DNA of 64,000 nt from Vulcanimicrobiota bacterium (lineage in GTDB: Bacteria; Vulcanimicrobiota; Xenobia; Xenobiales; JADMJV01): NCBI GenBank assembly GCA_050250895.1, contig JBFWNU010000001.1:904008-968007 (forward strand). Reading direction: 5' to 3'. The position numbers and the translations under genes are program-made. This document shows, piece after piece, positions 19,916 to 29,964 of the stretch. The notes under the pieces are model-generated. The model was given only the letters and a program-made list of their open reading frames with translations, was not told the origin of the DNA and did not search any database. The stretch's first letter is position 1. Each line of letters begins with the position of its first letter.

Positions 19916-20287
19916 ATGGATATTCAAGAGCCCAAGAGAACCGGCTTTAGCCTTCTCGAAGTGCTGGCCGCCATGGCCATCGCGGCTCTTACTTTCGGAG
20001 TACTGTTGCGCTCGGTAAGCCTCCAGATCTTGACCATCAGCCGCGCCACCGGGCGCTACCAGTCCCTGGCCTACGCCTCAGCCCTGCTTGAACGCAAGAT
20101 GGCCGAGGGGGTCACCGAGGACGAAGCCGTGTCGGCCGAACTCGACAGCTACTCCTATAGTATCGACACTCACGTGGTCACGGCCGACCCCCGGGTCCAG
20201 CAGGTCGAGGTCAAGGTCAGCGCCAACCAGGGCGGCGGAGCCAGCCTTTCAGCCTATCGCCTGCGCATCCGACGGAGGAAGCAATGA
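19916..20287 (+). CDS. gspI: Minor pseudopilin GspI-like
   Basis: Prepilin site G|FSLLEVLAAMAI; start at ATG 19916. Confidence 0.75.
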   Translation: MDIQEPKRTGFSLLEVLAAMAIAALTFGVLLRSVSLQILTISRATGRYQSLAYASALLERKMAEGVTEDEAVSAELDSYSYSIDTHVVTADPRVQQVEVKVSANQGGGASLSAYRLRIRRRKQ

Positions 20288-20868
20288 GAGGGTTCACTCT
20301 GGCCGAGGTGCTCGTGGCCCTGGGGTTAGTGGTGATGATCTATGCCCTGGTAGGCTTCACTACGCTTCAGGTAGCGCGCTACACCCGGCGCTCCCAGGAA
20401 GCCGCCACCCGCAAGCAGCGGCTCATCGGAGCTTCCAACCAGTTGCGCTGGCAACTGCGTTGCCTGTCCGCCCCGACCGGAGCCCAGGCCCTGGCCGGTC
20501 AACGGACCGATACCGAGGGCCGCGATCGGCTTCGCTTTCTGACCAGCCGGCCGGCCAAAGACCGCGGGGTGGTCGAAGTGGCCTACGAGATTCAAGAGAT
20601 CGATGACAAACCGGTGCTGATGTATCGCGAATTTCCGTATCGATTCAAAGATCAGCTACGACCGATCAGTGATCAACAAGAGGCGCCCTGGAGACCCTTG
20701 AGTCCGGTGGTTCACTCGCTAGAGCTAGAGTATTCAACCGATGGCAAGGTGTGGCAGAAAGAGTGGGACGAAAAGGATCCGCCCAAAGCCATTCGGGCCG
20801 CCCTACTGGCCGATGGAGACGAAGTCCGGTTTGAAGTCATTCCCGGGGTGGTGGCTCCTCGATGGTGA
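20284..20868 (+). CDS. gspJ: Minor pseudopilin GspJ-like
   Basis: RG|FTLAEVLVAL; C-terminal W..EWD...PKAIR. Confidence 0.78.
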   Translation: MRGFTLAEVLVALGLVVMIYALVGFTTLQVARYTRRSQEAATRKQRLIGASNQLRWQLRCLSAPTGAQALAGQRTDTEGRDRLRFLTSRPAKDRGVVEVAYEIQEIDDKPVLMYREFPYRFKDQLRPISDQQEAPWRPLSPVVHSLELEYSTDGKVWQKEWDEKDPPKAIRAALLADGDEVRFEVIPGVVAPRW

Positions 20869-21857
20869 TCCTGGTGGTTCTAGGCATGCTTTTGATCGCT
20901 CTCTCGTTTTCGACCCAGCTCGCCAACGTGGCCACCGAACTCGATCGTCAACAGCGTAACCTGGCGGGCCGCGAAACCAACTACATGGTGGCCCGCTCGG
21001 CCTTCGAGCTGGCCCTGCAACTGGTCCAGGCCGACGACAACGACACTGACGGACCGGGCGACCTGTGGGCCACCGGCCCCCAGCAGCTCGATTGGGAGGG
21101 CCACAATTTGAGGGTCGAGGTGCAAGACGAGGAGCGCCGCCTGCCCCTCTCGGGGCTGGTCAGCGAGCCTGCCGAGGGTGGCTCTCCCCAGGAGCCATCC
21201 CCCGAGCAACTGGCCATGCGTCTTGCCTTAGAGCGGTTTCTCGATCGGGCGGGCCAACCCTCACAGCGGGCCACAGCCGCCCTCATCGACTGGATCGACT
21301 CGGACAGCCAACCGCAGCCTGGCGGCACCGAGCGCAGCGAGCTCGACGGCTACCAGATCAAGAATGCCCCCATCGACAACCTCAACGAACTGCGCTACAT
21401 TGCCGGATGGGGTAACCCCAGCCTGAACAGACCCCGCCCACTGGCCAGCGCAGGAACCGGCGAAGTGGAGGGGCTGGAAGCCCCCCCCGAGGGTGGATTG
21501 CAAATAGGCAACAGTACCTGGTCGGACTGGTTGACCCCTTACTCGGAAGGAAAGGTCAACATCAATACCGCACCCGAAGAGATACTGCTAGCATTGGACG
21601 GGGACATGACCGAGGCTCTGGTGACGGAAATCATCACCCGGCGCCAGGAAAAGGCCCTGGCCTCAGAACAGGATCTGCAAGAAATCACCGGCATCAATCC
21701 CGACCTGGCCTTCCGCCTGAGTCGACTGATCACCTATAAAAGCCGCCATTTCCGAATTCGCGTCGTGGTCGACGACCAGCCCGGTCGCATTCGCCTCGAA
21801 GCCGTGGTGCGGCGCGACCAGCAAAACCCTCGCGTGCTTTCCTGGGAGGTCAATTAG
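20862..21857 (+). CDS. gspK: Minor pseudopilin GspK
   Basis: DEERRL, ALIDWIDSD, KNAPIDNLNELRYI, KVNINTAPEEIL. Confidence 0.88.
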   Translation: MVILVVLGMLLIALSFSTQLANVATELDRQQRNLAGRETNYMVARSAFELALQLVQADDNDTDGPGDLWATGPQQLDWEGHNLRVEVQDEERRLPLSGLVSEPAEGGSPQEPSPEQLAMRLALERFLDRAGQPSQRATAALIDWIDSDSQPQPGGTERSELDGYQIKNAPIDNLNELRYIAGWGNPSLNRPRPLASAGTGEVEGLEAPPEGGLQIGNSTWSDWLTPYSEGKVNINTAPEEILLALDGDMTEALVTEIITRRQEKALASEQDLQEITGINPDLAFRLSRLITYKSRHFRIRVVVDDQPGRIRLEAVVRRDQQNPRVLSWEVN

Positions 21858-21859
21858 TC

Positions 21860-23179
21860 ATGCTGCGCTACACCGGCATCGACGGCGGAGCCACGGGCAC
21901 ACGCGAGGTGACCGTGCCTCTTTTGGGAGGCGGCGCCAGCCTGGGTGGCGGAGGCCGACAGGCGGCGGCCGTCTCGTCGGCCGACCTCACTTTTCGCCGC
22001 ATCGGATTACCGGCCGCCAATCGTGAAGTTCGCCGCCAGGTGATCCAGGAAGAACTCACCTACTCTCTCCCCTTCTCGCTCAACGAGGCCGCCTGGGACT
22101 GGGTGGAAGAAAGCAACGAAGCCTGGGTAGTGGTGGCCCCGCGCGACAAGGTCGAGTTAACCCAGCGCCGGGCGCCTGGTGCGCGGCTCGACGCCGAGCC
22201 GCTTTGTTACTTGCGGGCCGCTCAGGCGGCCGAGATCCGATCGGCTCTGGTGATCGACTTCGGAGCTTCGCGGACCACCTTTTGCGCGCTCACCGGTCAG
22301 CGCATCGATTGGGTCAGGGTCATGCTACGAGGTGGTGACGCCCTCACCCATAGGCTGGCCGCCTCCAAAGGCGACGCCGACGCCGCTGAGCAACTCAAGC
22401 GCTCGCAAGGCACCGACTTGCGCGAGTGCGGTCTATTCTTGCGCGACCTACTCGACGAGGCCTTCCTGCCCGAACCGTTCCCTTATGATTTCGTGCTGGT
22501 TTGCGGGGGCGGCTCGGCCCTGCCCGGCCTGCTCGACTTTCTGCGCGGCTATTTTCCCTCCCATGTCGACGTGCGGCCCTTCCCCATGCCCACCAGCCTC
22601 AGCCACGAACGTCATGTAGTGGCCTACGGCGCGGCCCTGGGAGGCCGTCCGGGAGCGCTGTCGGTCACCTTGCGCCGACGCGAGGTGGAACGAAAGGCCA
22701 CCGCCAACTGGACCTGGATGCTGTGGGTTCCGGTGCTGGCGGGCCTGGTTGCGGCCAATCTCGAAACGCGCCACAACACCTTGAGCGCCCGCCGTGACGC
22801 CGCCCGCCAGGTGCTGGTGGAAGCGGCCACTCCGATCGTGGCGGAGGCCGCCAACCTGCCCCCTCAGGAGATTATCAAGCAGGTCGAGACCCACATCCAG
22901 GACCGCAAGAAAGTCCTGGCGGCCTCGCCTGGTGCCCTGGTTGATGCTCTGGGCCGCTCATCGGCCGCCTTCCGCGCTAACGAGGGGTCAGACCTTCGCA
23001 ACGTGGAGTACGACGATGAGAAGATCAAGTTGGAGGGCAAAGTGGTGGGCCTGGCCCAGACCGAAGCCATCAAGAGCGCGCTGTCGGAAATCTTCGTGGG
23101 AGTCGAGCAGGTAAAAACCCGTCCCGGAGCCGACGACACCTTCGTCTTCACTATCGAAGGAAAGCTGCCCGAACCCTGA
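21860..23179 (+). CDS. gspL: GspL/PilM-PilN-like assembly platform protein
   Basis: Actin-like motifs (LVIDFGASRT, VCGGGS), one TM and a PilN-like tail. Confidence 0.72.
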   Translation: MLRYTGIDGGATGTREVTVPLLGGGASLGGGGRQAAAVSSADLTFRRIGLPAANREVRRQVIQEELTYSLPFSLNEAAWDWVEESNEAWVVVAPRDKVELTQRRAPGARLDAEPLCYLRAAQAAEIRSALVIDFGASRTTFCALTGQRIDWVRVMLRGGDALTHRLAASKGDADAAEQLKRSQGTDLRECGLFLRDLLDEAFLPEPFPYDFVLVCGGGSALPGLLDFLRGYFPSHVDVRPFPMPTSLSHERHVVAYGAALGGRPGALSVTLRRREVERKATANWTWMLWVPVLAGLVAANLETRHNTLSARRDAARQVLVEAATPIVAEAANLPPQEIIKQVETHIQDRKKVLAASPGALVDALGRSSAAFRANEGSDLRNVEYDDEKIKLEGKVVGLAQTEAIKSALSEIFVGVEQVKTRPGADDTFVFTIEGKLPEP

Positions 23180-23655
23180 TGACCCAGCCGCAGACCGTCA
23201 ATCCCTGGATCAAGTATGGGGCCGTCATCCTGCTGACGCTGGTCTTCATCTATGGTTATGCTTTGCCTCGCAAACACAGCGTTGAAGCCCTCGAGCAAGA
23301 GATCGTCGGCCTGGAGTCGGCCCGGGGTGACCTGGCCAAACTGCTGCCCGAGGTCTCTCGTCTACGCCAGAGGGTTCCCGATCCGCCCAGCGCGGACCAG
23401 AAGATTGATCTGCGTTCCTGGATTGCCAAGAATGCTCTGACCGGCCTCGAGAAGAACCTGACCAGCAACGACACCTTCGCTCAGGGGGCCGGCGCTGCCG
23501 TCAAACTGCGGAAGATGTCACCCGCACAGGTGGTGCGTTTCATGGGCGAACTCACTCGCGTCAATCTGATGCTCGAACGCCTGGTCCTCAACGACTGGGA
23601 CGGCGATGGTCGCTGGGACCTCGAACTGATGGTGAAGGTGCCTACCAACAAATGA
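23179..23655 (+). CDS. gspM: GspM-like protein
   Basis: TM followed by coiled coil and small domain; position after gspL. Confidence 0.6.
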   Translation: MTQPQTVNPWIKYGAVILLTLVFIYGYALPRKHSVEALEQEIVGLESARGDLAKLLPEVSRLRQRVPDPPSADQKIDLRSWIAKNALTGLEKNLTSNDTFAQGAGAAVKLRKMSPAQVVRFMGELTRVNLMLERLVLNDWDGDGRWDLELMVKVPTNK

Positions 23656-24383
23656 AGATTTTCGGCCGCGTCGTTCTGGGGGTCATCCTCTATCTGCTCT
23701 TTCTGGTCTGGCTCTTTCCTTATGACAGTCTGGTCGAGCGCACCATTCGCAACCTTGAATCCACGACCGGGGCCTCGGTCTCTTATACTCCGGTCTCGGC
23801 CGGTCCCACCGGAGTGCGCCTCAAGAACGTGACCGTAGCCCTGCCTTCGGGAGCCACCCTGACGGTGGCCGAGGCCAGGGCCTTTCCCACCCGCGAAGGT
23901 ATCTGGGCAGAACTCAAGCAAGATCAGGGCCTGTGCCAGGTGCGCCTGGATTATCGGCGAGTCGACCTGGAGATGGATTCGCTCGAAATCGACACCGGCT
24001 CGTCACAGTTTGGGGTGTCTCGATTTACGGGCACCATGGGCTACGAACTTCAGGAGCGCACCGGCAAGGGCGAACTGCATCTGGCCATGCCGAAGTTCCA
24101 GGCTCCTCTGATTCCCGAAACTTCCATCGATGTGGGTGGACCCTTTGAGATTCACAACAGTGGCACTGCTTTAGCTCCGCACAGCAGCGTCACCGCCGAC
24201 CTGAAGCTCGTGAGCGGAGACAGTAGTTTTTCGGCCAGTGGCCCGGTGGTCATTCAAGCTCAACCCGCGGGAGGATCGCCTTTGTTGAGCGGTAACCTGC
24301 GGTTTGAGGCACCAACGGGCCGGGGCATGCTGAGACTTGGAGGAACGTGGGGCGATCCAACCTGGACGGTCATCCCTAATTAA
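23652..24383 (+). CDS. gspN: GspN-like protein
   Basis: N-terminal TM ending LFPY and C-terminal LRLGGTWGDP; position in the operon. Confidence 0.65.
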   Translation: MKIFGRVVLGVILYLLFLVWLFPYDSLVERTIRNLESTTGASVSYTPVSAGPTGVRLKNVTVALPSGATLTVAEARAFPTREGIWAELKQDQGLCQVRLDYRRVDLEMDSLEIDTGSSQFGVSRFTGTMGYELQERTGKGELHLAMPKFQAPLIPETSIDVGGPFEIHNSGTALAPHSSVTADLKLVSGDSSFSASGPVVIQAQPAGGSPLLSGNLRFEAPTGRGMLRLGGTWGDPTWTVIPN

Positions 24384-24387
24384 CCAT

Positions 24388-26859
24388 ATGAAGACACGGT
24401 CTGTACAAAAATTCTGGGCAAGCCTCCTGCTGGTGAGCTTTTGCCTCTTGCCGGTAGCGGCCCAACCCCCGGGACCTCCACCCAAACAGCCTCGCCTGCT
24501 CGAAGGGAAAGCCGAGACCCTGCGCAACGGCCGAATCTTGCTTAACTACGAGGATATCGACATCCGCCTCATGGGTCGATTGATGGCCGAGTTGACCGGT
24601 CGCAACGTCGTCTTCGACCAGAATGTCCAGGGCAAGCTGACCGTGCTCTCGGCCCGCGAGGTCACCCCCGAGGAAGCCTGGGACATCTTCAGAGTGGCTC
24701 TCGAACGCTACGGCTTTGGCGTCTACGAGCGACCCGGCTTCACTCAGATCGTGCCTCTCAAAGACACTCGTTATCAAAGCCCGGTGCTGGTCAACCCCAA
24801 GGGAGGCATCCCTACCGACATGGCCCTGGCCGTCTTGTTGTTCAAGAACGCCGATGTCAATATTCTTCAGAACACCATTCGACCGCTGCTGAGCGAGGTC
24901 GGTCAGGTGCAGCCTTATCAGCCCGGGCAAGCCCTCATCATCGTCGACAAGGCGCCGATCGTAAAGCAGGTGGCTTCCATCGCCAGGACCATCGACGTAG
25001 CTCATCCCGAGATGCACACCTCGGTGGTCTATCCCAAATACGCCCGAGCCGAGCAACTGGTGCCGGTCATTGACCAACTCCTCAATCGACCGGGTGTCAC
25101 CAACGAGGCCCGCGTCCAGGTGCGCGCCTTCGAGGCCGCCAACGCGGTGGTAACTCAAGGCACCAAGCAGCAGATTCTCGAGGTCAAAAGGTTGCTGGCC
25201 CGCCTCGACATCCCTTCGGCCGCTCCTGAAGACGTGCAGGAACCAAAATTCTACGTCTATCAGTTGCAGCACGCCCAGGCCGAAGATGTGGCCAAGATTC
25301 TGTCCGAGATGCTGAGCGAAAAGCAGGCCCTGCAAGAGCAACGGTTGCGTGACAACCCCCAGGCTCTGCGGCAAGCCGCTGCTGCCCAACCGGGTGGGGT
25401 AGCCACGCCGGACACCGCCACCCCTAACGGAGCGGCCCCCACCACGGCGACCGGCACCGCCGGCGAGAAGGTCCCCTTCGTATCGGCCAAAGTGGCCTCG
25501 GACCCCGAAACCAACTCCTTGATTCTCTATGTGTCGCCCTCTCAGTACGACGAGGTCGCGGGCCTGGTCCAGGTGCTCGACGCCCCCCGTCGCCAGGTGC
25601 TGGTGACGGCCGTCGTGGCCGAGGTAACCCTCAACCGCATGCTCGAGAGCGGTGCAGCCTTCCAACTACTCACCGACGGCGGTGTGGTCTCGACCTTCAA
25701 AGGAGGTCTGAGCGAAGAGGGACTGCTCTCGTTCCTGGCTTCGGGCAACTTCATCCTGGGAGCGGTCGGCTCAGGCTCGCGGACCGTCAACGTCAACGGA
25801 CGAGACGTGGAAGTACCGGAGCTCTTTGCCTTCTTGACCGGTCAAAAGCAGAACTCCGACTTCAACCTGATCTCGGCCCCGCGCATCATGACCGAAGACC
25901 ACAAAGAGGCGGAAATGAATGTGGGCAACGTGGTGCCCTTCGCCACCGGCGCTCAATTCAATAACTTCGGCCAACCCACCATCACCTATGACTATCGCGA
26001 CGTCGGTATCAAGCTCAAAGTCACTCCCCACGTAAGCCAGTCCGACTCGATTCGCCTGGAACTTGACCAGGAAGTTCAGGAAGTCACCGACTTCCTCGAG
26101 CAAGACCTCGGCGGCTTCGGCTACGTGGTGCCGTTGATTTCCAACCGTAACGTCAAGACCACCGTCACCGTGAAGGACGGTCAGACCCTGCTGATCGGCG
26201 GATTGATCTCCAAGCGCACCACCGAAACCATGACCAAGGTGCCGATCCTGGGCGACATTCCGCTCATCCAGAACCTGTTCCGCGAATTGCGCAAGGAAGA
26301 AGCCAAAACGACTCTGTTCATCTCGCTGACTCCCCACATCGTGGAGCGTCCCGAAGAAATCAAGCGCATCGACCGTCCCTATCAGCAATTCCTCAAGGGT
26401 GATCAGAACCCGCGCGACCACCAACCCGAGGTGCGCGACACCAAGCAGAAGGAAGACTTCGTCTCGCCCTACGACAGCGCCCCGGCCCCGCCGCCGGTGC
26501 GGCTGCGTCCAGAAGACAACGGCTTGAACGAGCACAGCAGCAACGGAGTTCAATTGATCGGTCTGCGCATGGCCGCCCCTCCTTTGGCCGGCGAGCAGAG
26601 CCACCCGGTCGTGACTCTCGCCAACCATGCCGGCCGGGGCATGGAACTGGTGCTCATCGGCACCGTACGAGCCCCTGACGGAACGCGCACCGAGCTGAAA
26701 TCCGACTCGATTCGCCTCACCACCGGACAGACCCGCGAGGTGAGCCTACCCGCCTATGAATTCGGCGCCAAAGGCGTCTATGAGTTCGATGTCTCGGCCT
26801 GGGAACGGGAAGACCTGGTGGGACGGCTGCCGCTCCCCCAGAAGGTCCAACTCAAATGA
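24388..26859 (+). CDS. gspD: Type II secretion secretin GspD with C-terminal extension
   Basis: N0 domain (LNYEDIDIR ... VQGKLTV), secretin domain (YRDVGIKLKVTPH, KVPILGDIPLI); signal peptide from ATG 24388. Confidence 0.93.
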   Translation: MKTRSVQKFWASLLLVSFCLLPVAAQPPGPPPKQPRLLEGKAETLRNGRILLNYEDIDIRLMGRLMAELTGRNVVFDQNVQGKLTVLSAREVTPEEAWDIFRVALERYGFGVYERPGFTQIVPLKDTRYQSPVLVNPKGGIPTDMALAVLLFKNADVNILQNTIRPLLSEVGQVQPYQPGQALIIVDKAPIVKQVASIARTIDVAHPEMHTSVVYPKYARAEQLVPVIDQLLNRPGVTNEARVQVRAFEAANAVVTQGTKQQILEVKRLLARLDIPSAAPEDVQEPKFYVYQLQHAQAEDVAKILSEMLSEKQALQEQRLRDNPQALRQAAAAQPGGVATPDTATPNGAAPTTATGTAGEKVPFVSAKVASDPETNSLILYVSPSQYDEVAGLVQVLDAPRRQVLVTAVVAEVTLNRMLESGAAFQLLTDGGVVSTFKGGLSEEGLLSFLASGNFILGAVGSGSRTVNVNGRDVEVPELFAFLTGQKQNSDFNLISAPRIMTEDHKEAEMNVGNVVPFATGAQFNNFGQPTITYDYRDVGIKLKVTPHVSQSDSIRLELDQEVQEVTDFLEQDLGGFGYVVPLISNRNVKTTVTVKDGQTLLIGGLISKRTTETMTKVPILGDIPLIQNLFRELRKEEAKTTLFISLTPHIVERPEEIKRIDRPYQQFLKGDQNPRDHQPEVRDTKQKEDFVSPYDSAPAPPPVRLRPEDNGLNEHSSNGVQLIGLRMAAPPLAGEQSHPVVTLANHAGRGMELVLIGTVRAPDGTRTELKSDSIRLTTGQTREVSLPAYEFGAKGVYEFDVSAWEREDLVGRLPLPQKVQLK

Positions 26860-28304
26860 GCATTCCTCTCGAGTTCTGGCAGCGTCACCGGCTGGTCCCC
26901 CTCGAGGACCATGAGGACCGCTGTACAGTAGGAGTGGCTGCCGGCACTCCGCGAGAGATCCTCGAAGACATTCGCCTGGCCCTTCAAAAGGATGTGCGTC
27001 CGGTCAAGATGACGCCCGAGGAGATCGACGATCGCCTGCGTCGGATGATGGTCGAGAGCGAAGGCCGGGGCCTGGAAGAGGAAGAAGACGCCTCGACCGA
27101 TCTGGCCGTGGACGCCAGCCAGGACTTGCTGGGCGACGCCGCTGGGGCCCCGGTGGTGCGCCTGATCAATGCGCTCTTCCTGCAGGCTATGCAAACTCGG
27201 GCCTCCGACATTCACATCGAGCCGTTCGAAGACGAAACCCTCGTGCGCATGCGCATTGACGGCGTACTGCATGAAACGCATCGAGTGCCGCGCTCACGCC
27301 ACAGCCAGATCACCGCCCGCCTGAAGGTCATGGCCAAACTCGATCTGGCCGAAACCCGCCGACCCCAGGACGGACGCCTGCATGTGCATTCGGGCGACCG
27401 TCATCTGGATGTCCGTATTTCGACCGTGCCCACCCTGCACGGCGAGCGCGTCGTGATGCGCTTGCTCGAAAAGGATCTCAAGCTGCTCACTCTCGAGCAA
27501 ATCGGCATGTTTCGAGACACCGAAGAGCAGATCAACGGCCTGCTCAGCCACCCCTACGGGCTGATGCTGGTGACCGGACCGACCGGCTCGGGTAAAACCA
27601 CCACCCTCTATTCTGTGCTGGAGAAGTTGCGGTCCGACACCTGCAACCTGATCACTATCGAAGACCCGGTGGAATACCGCGTCCCGGGAGTGGGTCAGAT
27701 CCAGGTCAACGAGAAGATCGGTCTGACCTTCGCCTCTGGCCTGCGCTCGATCTTGCGCCAGGACCCCGACGTGCTGATGGTAGGCGAGATCCGCGACCCA
27801 GAAACGGCCGACATCGCAGTCCACGCAGCCCTCACCGGCCATATGGTGCTCTCGACCCTGCACACGAACGATGCCCCCGCGGCGGCCACTCGCCTGCTCG
27901 ACCTGGGCGTCCCCCCCTATCTGCTCTCCTCTTGCTTGATCGGCGTCCTGGCCCAGCGTCTGGTTCGCCGGCTCTGCGATCACTGCAAACAGCCCTATGA
28001 GCTAACCGACGACGAATGTCGTCGGCTGGGCCTCAACCCCACGCGAGCGGGCGGCAAAATCTACGGCCCGGCGGGCTGTCCTCAGTGCCTCGAGACTGGC
28101 TATCGAGGTAGAACCGGCGCTTTCGAACTCATGGTGGTCGACGAAGAGATGTCGAGCCGGGTGGCCCGCTCTGAGGATTCGCGCAACTTGCGTCAACTGG
28201 CCCGCAAAAAGGGCATGCGCACACTGATGGAAGATGCCGCTGGCAAAGTGATTGCGGGCCAGACCAGCACCGAAGAAGCTCTAAGGGTGACCAGGGCCAT
28301 CTAG
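26856..28304 (+). CDS. gspE: Type II secretion ATPase GspE
   Basis: RASDIHIEP, GPTGSGKTT, LRQDPDVLMVGEIRD, CxxC/CxxC. Confidence 0.95.
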   Translation: MSIPLEFWQRHRLVPLEDHEDRCTVGVAAGTPREILEDIRLALQKDVRPVKMTPEEIDDRLRRMMVESEGRGLEEEEDASTDLAVDASQDLLGDAAGAPVVRLINALFLQAMQTRASDIHIEPFEDETLVRMRIDGVLHETHRVPRSRHSQITARLKVMAKLDLAETRRPQDGRLHVHSGDRHLDVRISTVPTLHGERVVMRLLEKDLKLLTLEQIGMFRDTEEQINGLLSHPYGLMLVTGPTGSGKTTTLYSVLEKLRSDTCNLITIEDPVEYRVPGVGQIQVNEKIGLTFASGLRSILRQDPDVLMVGEIRDPETADIAVHAALTGHMVLSTLHTNDAPAAATRLLDLGVPPYLLSSCLIGVLAQRLVRRLCDHCKQPYELTDDECRRLGLNPTRAGGKIYGPAGCPQCLETGYRGRTGAFELMVVDEEMSSRVARSEDSRNLRQLARKKGMRTLMEDAAGKVIAGQTSTEEALRVTRAI

Positions 28305-29480
28305 ATGCCACTCTACCAGTATACAGCCACCGATCATCGCGGCAAACAGGTGTCGGGTTTGGTCGACGCCGCCTCGCAGTCGGTCGCCTATCAAAAGGTC
28401 AAAGACCGCGGCCTGTATCCAATCCAGGTCAACGTCGACCTCTCGACTTCGAACAAGGCGGCCGGCACGGAATCGTTAGCCTATTCCCTCGAGCAACTTT
28501 CAGCCCTCATTCGCTCCGGCATCCCCCTCGACGAGGCCCTCGATTCACTGGCCGAGTTCGACGAGGACCCTCGCATCCGCAGCGCCCTCAAGCGCGTGCG
28601 CGTTCGCCTGCGTGAGGGCGACAGCCTGACCGGAGCCATGGCCGAAGAGCAGGCCTTTCCACCGATGCTGGTGCGCATGGTGCAGGCGGGTGAAGAGTCT
28701 GGCAAGCCGGCCGAAATCCTGGGCCGTTACGCCGAGTACCTCAAGCGCGATATCGAGCACCGCCGGGCCCTGGTGGGAGCGTTGAGCTATCCCGTGGCCC
28801 TCATCACTCTCTCGGTGGGGCTGCTTTTCGGGTTGCTCTACTTCCTGACTCCCGTGCTCAAAGAGATGTACGGTGCCCTCGAGATCGAGCTACCCACCCT
28901 GACTCGCTGGATCATCTGGGTCGGAGACTCGCTCTCGGGCTTCGGGCTGCTGGTCCTGGTGGCGGCCGTGGTGGCCCTCATCGCTGCCTATCGCATGATG
29001 CCCCGCATCGCCATGGACCGCTGGCGCCTCAGTTTGCCGCTGCTGGGCCCGATGTTGAGCTGCGGCCTGATGGAGCAATGGGCTCGCACACTGGGCATGC
29101 TTCACGAAGCCGGAGTGCCGCTGGTGCGCGCCATGCAGCTCTCGCGCGAAAGCTGCGAGAACGAGGCCCTCAATCGCGAACTCGAGACGGCCGAGAAGTC
29201 GGTCGAGCGAGGGGACGGCCTGGCCGTTTCCGTGGGTCGCATCTATCTGGTGCCGCCGCTGCTGCAACAGTTCCTGAAGACGGGCGAGCGCACCGGCGAG
29301 TTGGGCCCCATGCTGATGAGCGCTGCCTCTTTCTATGAACGCGAGTTAGAACGTCGTCGCTCGATCATGATCAAATGGCTCGAGCCAGGCCTGATCCTGG
29401 TGATGGGCGTGATGGTGGGCACCCTGGTGCTCAGCGTACTTTTGCCCCTGGCCGAAGTCTCTTCGCGCATGATGCCGTGA
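28305..29480 (+). CDS. gspF: Type II secretion platform protein GspF
   Basis: SGIPLDEAL, AGEESGK, YP, GERTGEL, EP motifs. Confidence 0.93.
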   Translation: MPLYQYTATDHRGKQVSGLVDAASQSVAYQKVKDRGLYPIQVNVDLSTSNKAAGTESLAYSLEQLSALIRSGIPLDEALDSLAEFDEDPRIRSALKRVRVRLREGDSLTGAMAEEQAFPPMLVRMVQAGEESGKPAEILGRYAEYLKRDIEHRRALVGALSYPVALITLSVGLLFGLLYFLTPVLKEMYGALEIELPTLTRWIIWVGDSLSGFGLLVLVAAVVALIAAYRMMPRIAMDRWRLSLPLLGPMLSCGLMEQWARTLGMLHEAGVPLVRAMQLSRESCENEALNRELETAEKSVERGDGLAVSVGRIYLVPPLLQQFLKTGERTGELGPMLMSAASFYERELERRRSIMIKWLEPGLILVMGVMVGTLVLSVLLPLAEVSSRMMP

Positions 29481-29905
29481 ACTGGCCGGCCCGCCTCTGG
29501 CGCCTGCCCCGCGCGGCCAAATGGCTGGCCTGCGAACTCTTGCTCGAGTTGACCTGGCTGAGTCTGGCTCTGCGTCTGGTCCACTTCCGCCGGCTGGCCC
29601 CGCTGCTCGGTCGCCAGGGTGCCCAGACTCCGTCGGAGCATCCCGACCAGGACCACCCGATGGTGCTGCGGGTGGCGGGCTACACACCCCGCCTGGCGGC
29701 CTTATTGCCCTGGCGCTGCGCCTGCCTACCCCAGGCCATGGCTGCCAAACGGGTGCTGGCTCGCCACGGCTACTCCTCGACCCTCTACCTGGGAGTGCGC
29801 AAAGATACCACCCTCGAAGCCCACGCCTGGCTTCGCTGTGGAAACCGGATCGTAACCGGCAAACGCGAGATGCCCTCCTTCACCCCCATCAGCAGCTTCG
29901 CCTGA
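29477..29905 (+). CDS. Lasso peptide B2-like (transglutaminase-like) cysteine protease
   Basis: ACLPQAMA, LYLGV, EAHAWL; GTG start overlaps the gspF stop. Confidence 0.8.
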   Translation: MNWPARLWRLPRAAKWLACELLLELTWLSLALRLVHFRRLAPLLGRQGAQTPSEHPDQDHPMVLRVAGYTPRLAALLPWRCACLPQAMAAKRVLARHGYSSTLYLGVRKDTTLEAHAWLRCGNRIVTGKREMPSFTPISSFA

Positions 29906-29964
29906 GGACCCGTCCCAGAACGCTGGCAAAAGGACTTCGCTCGGGGTTCTTGAATCTTTATCGC

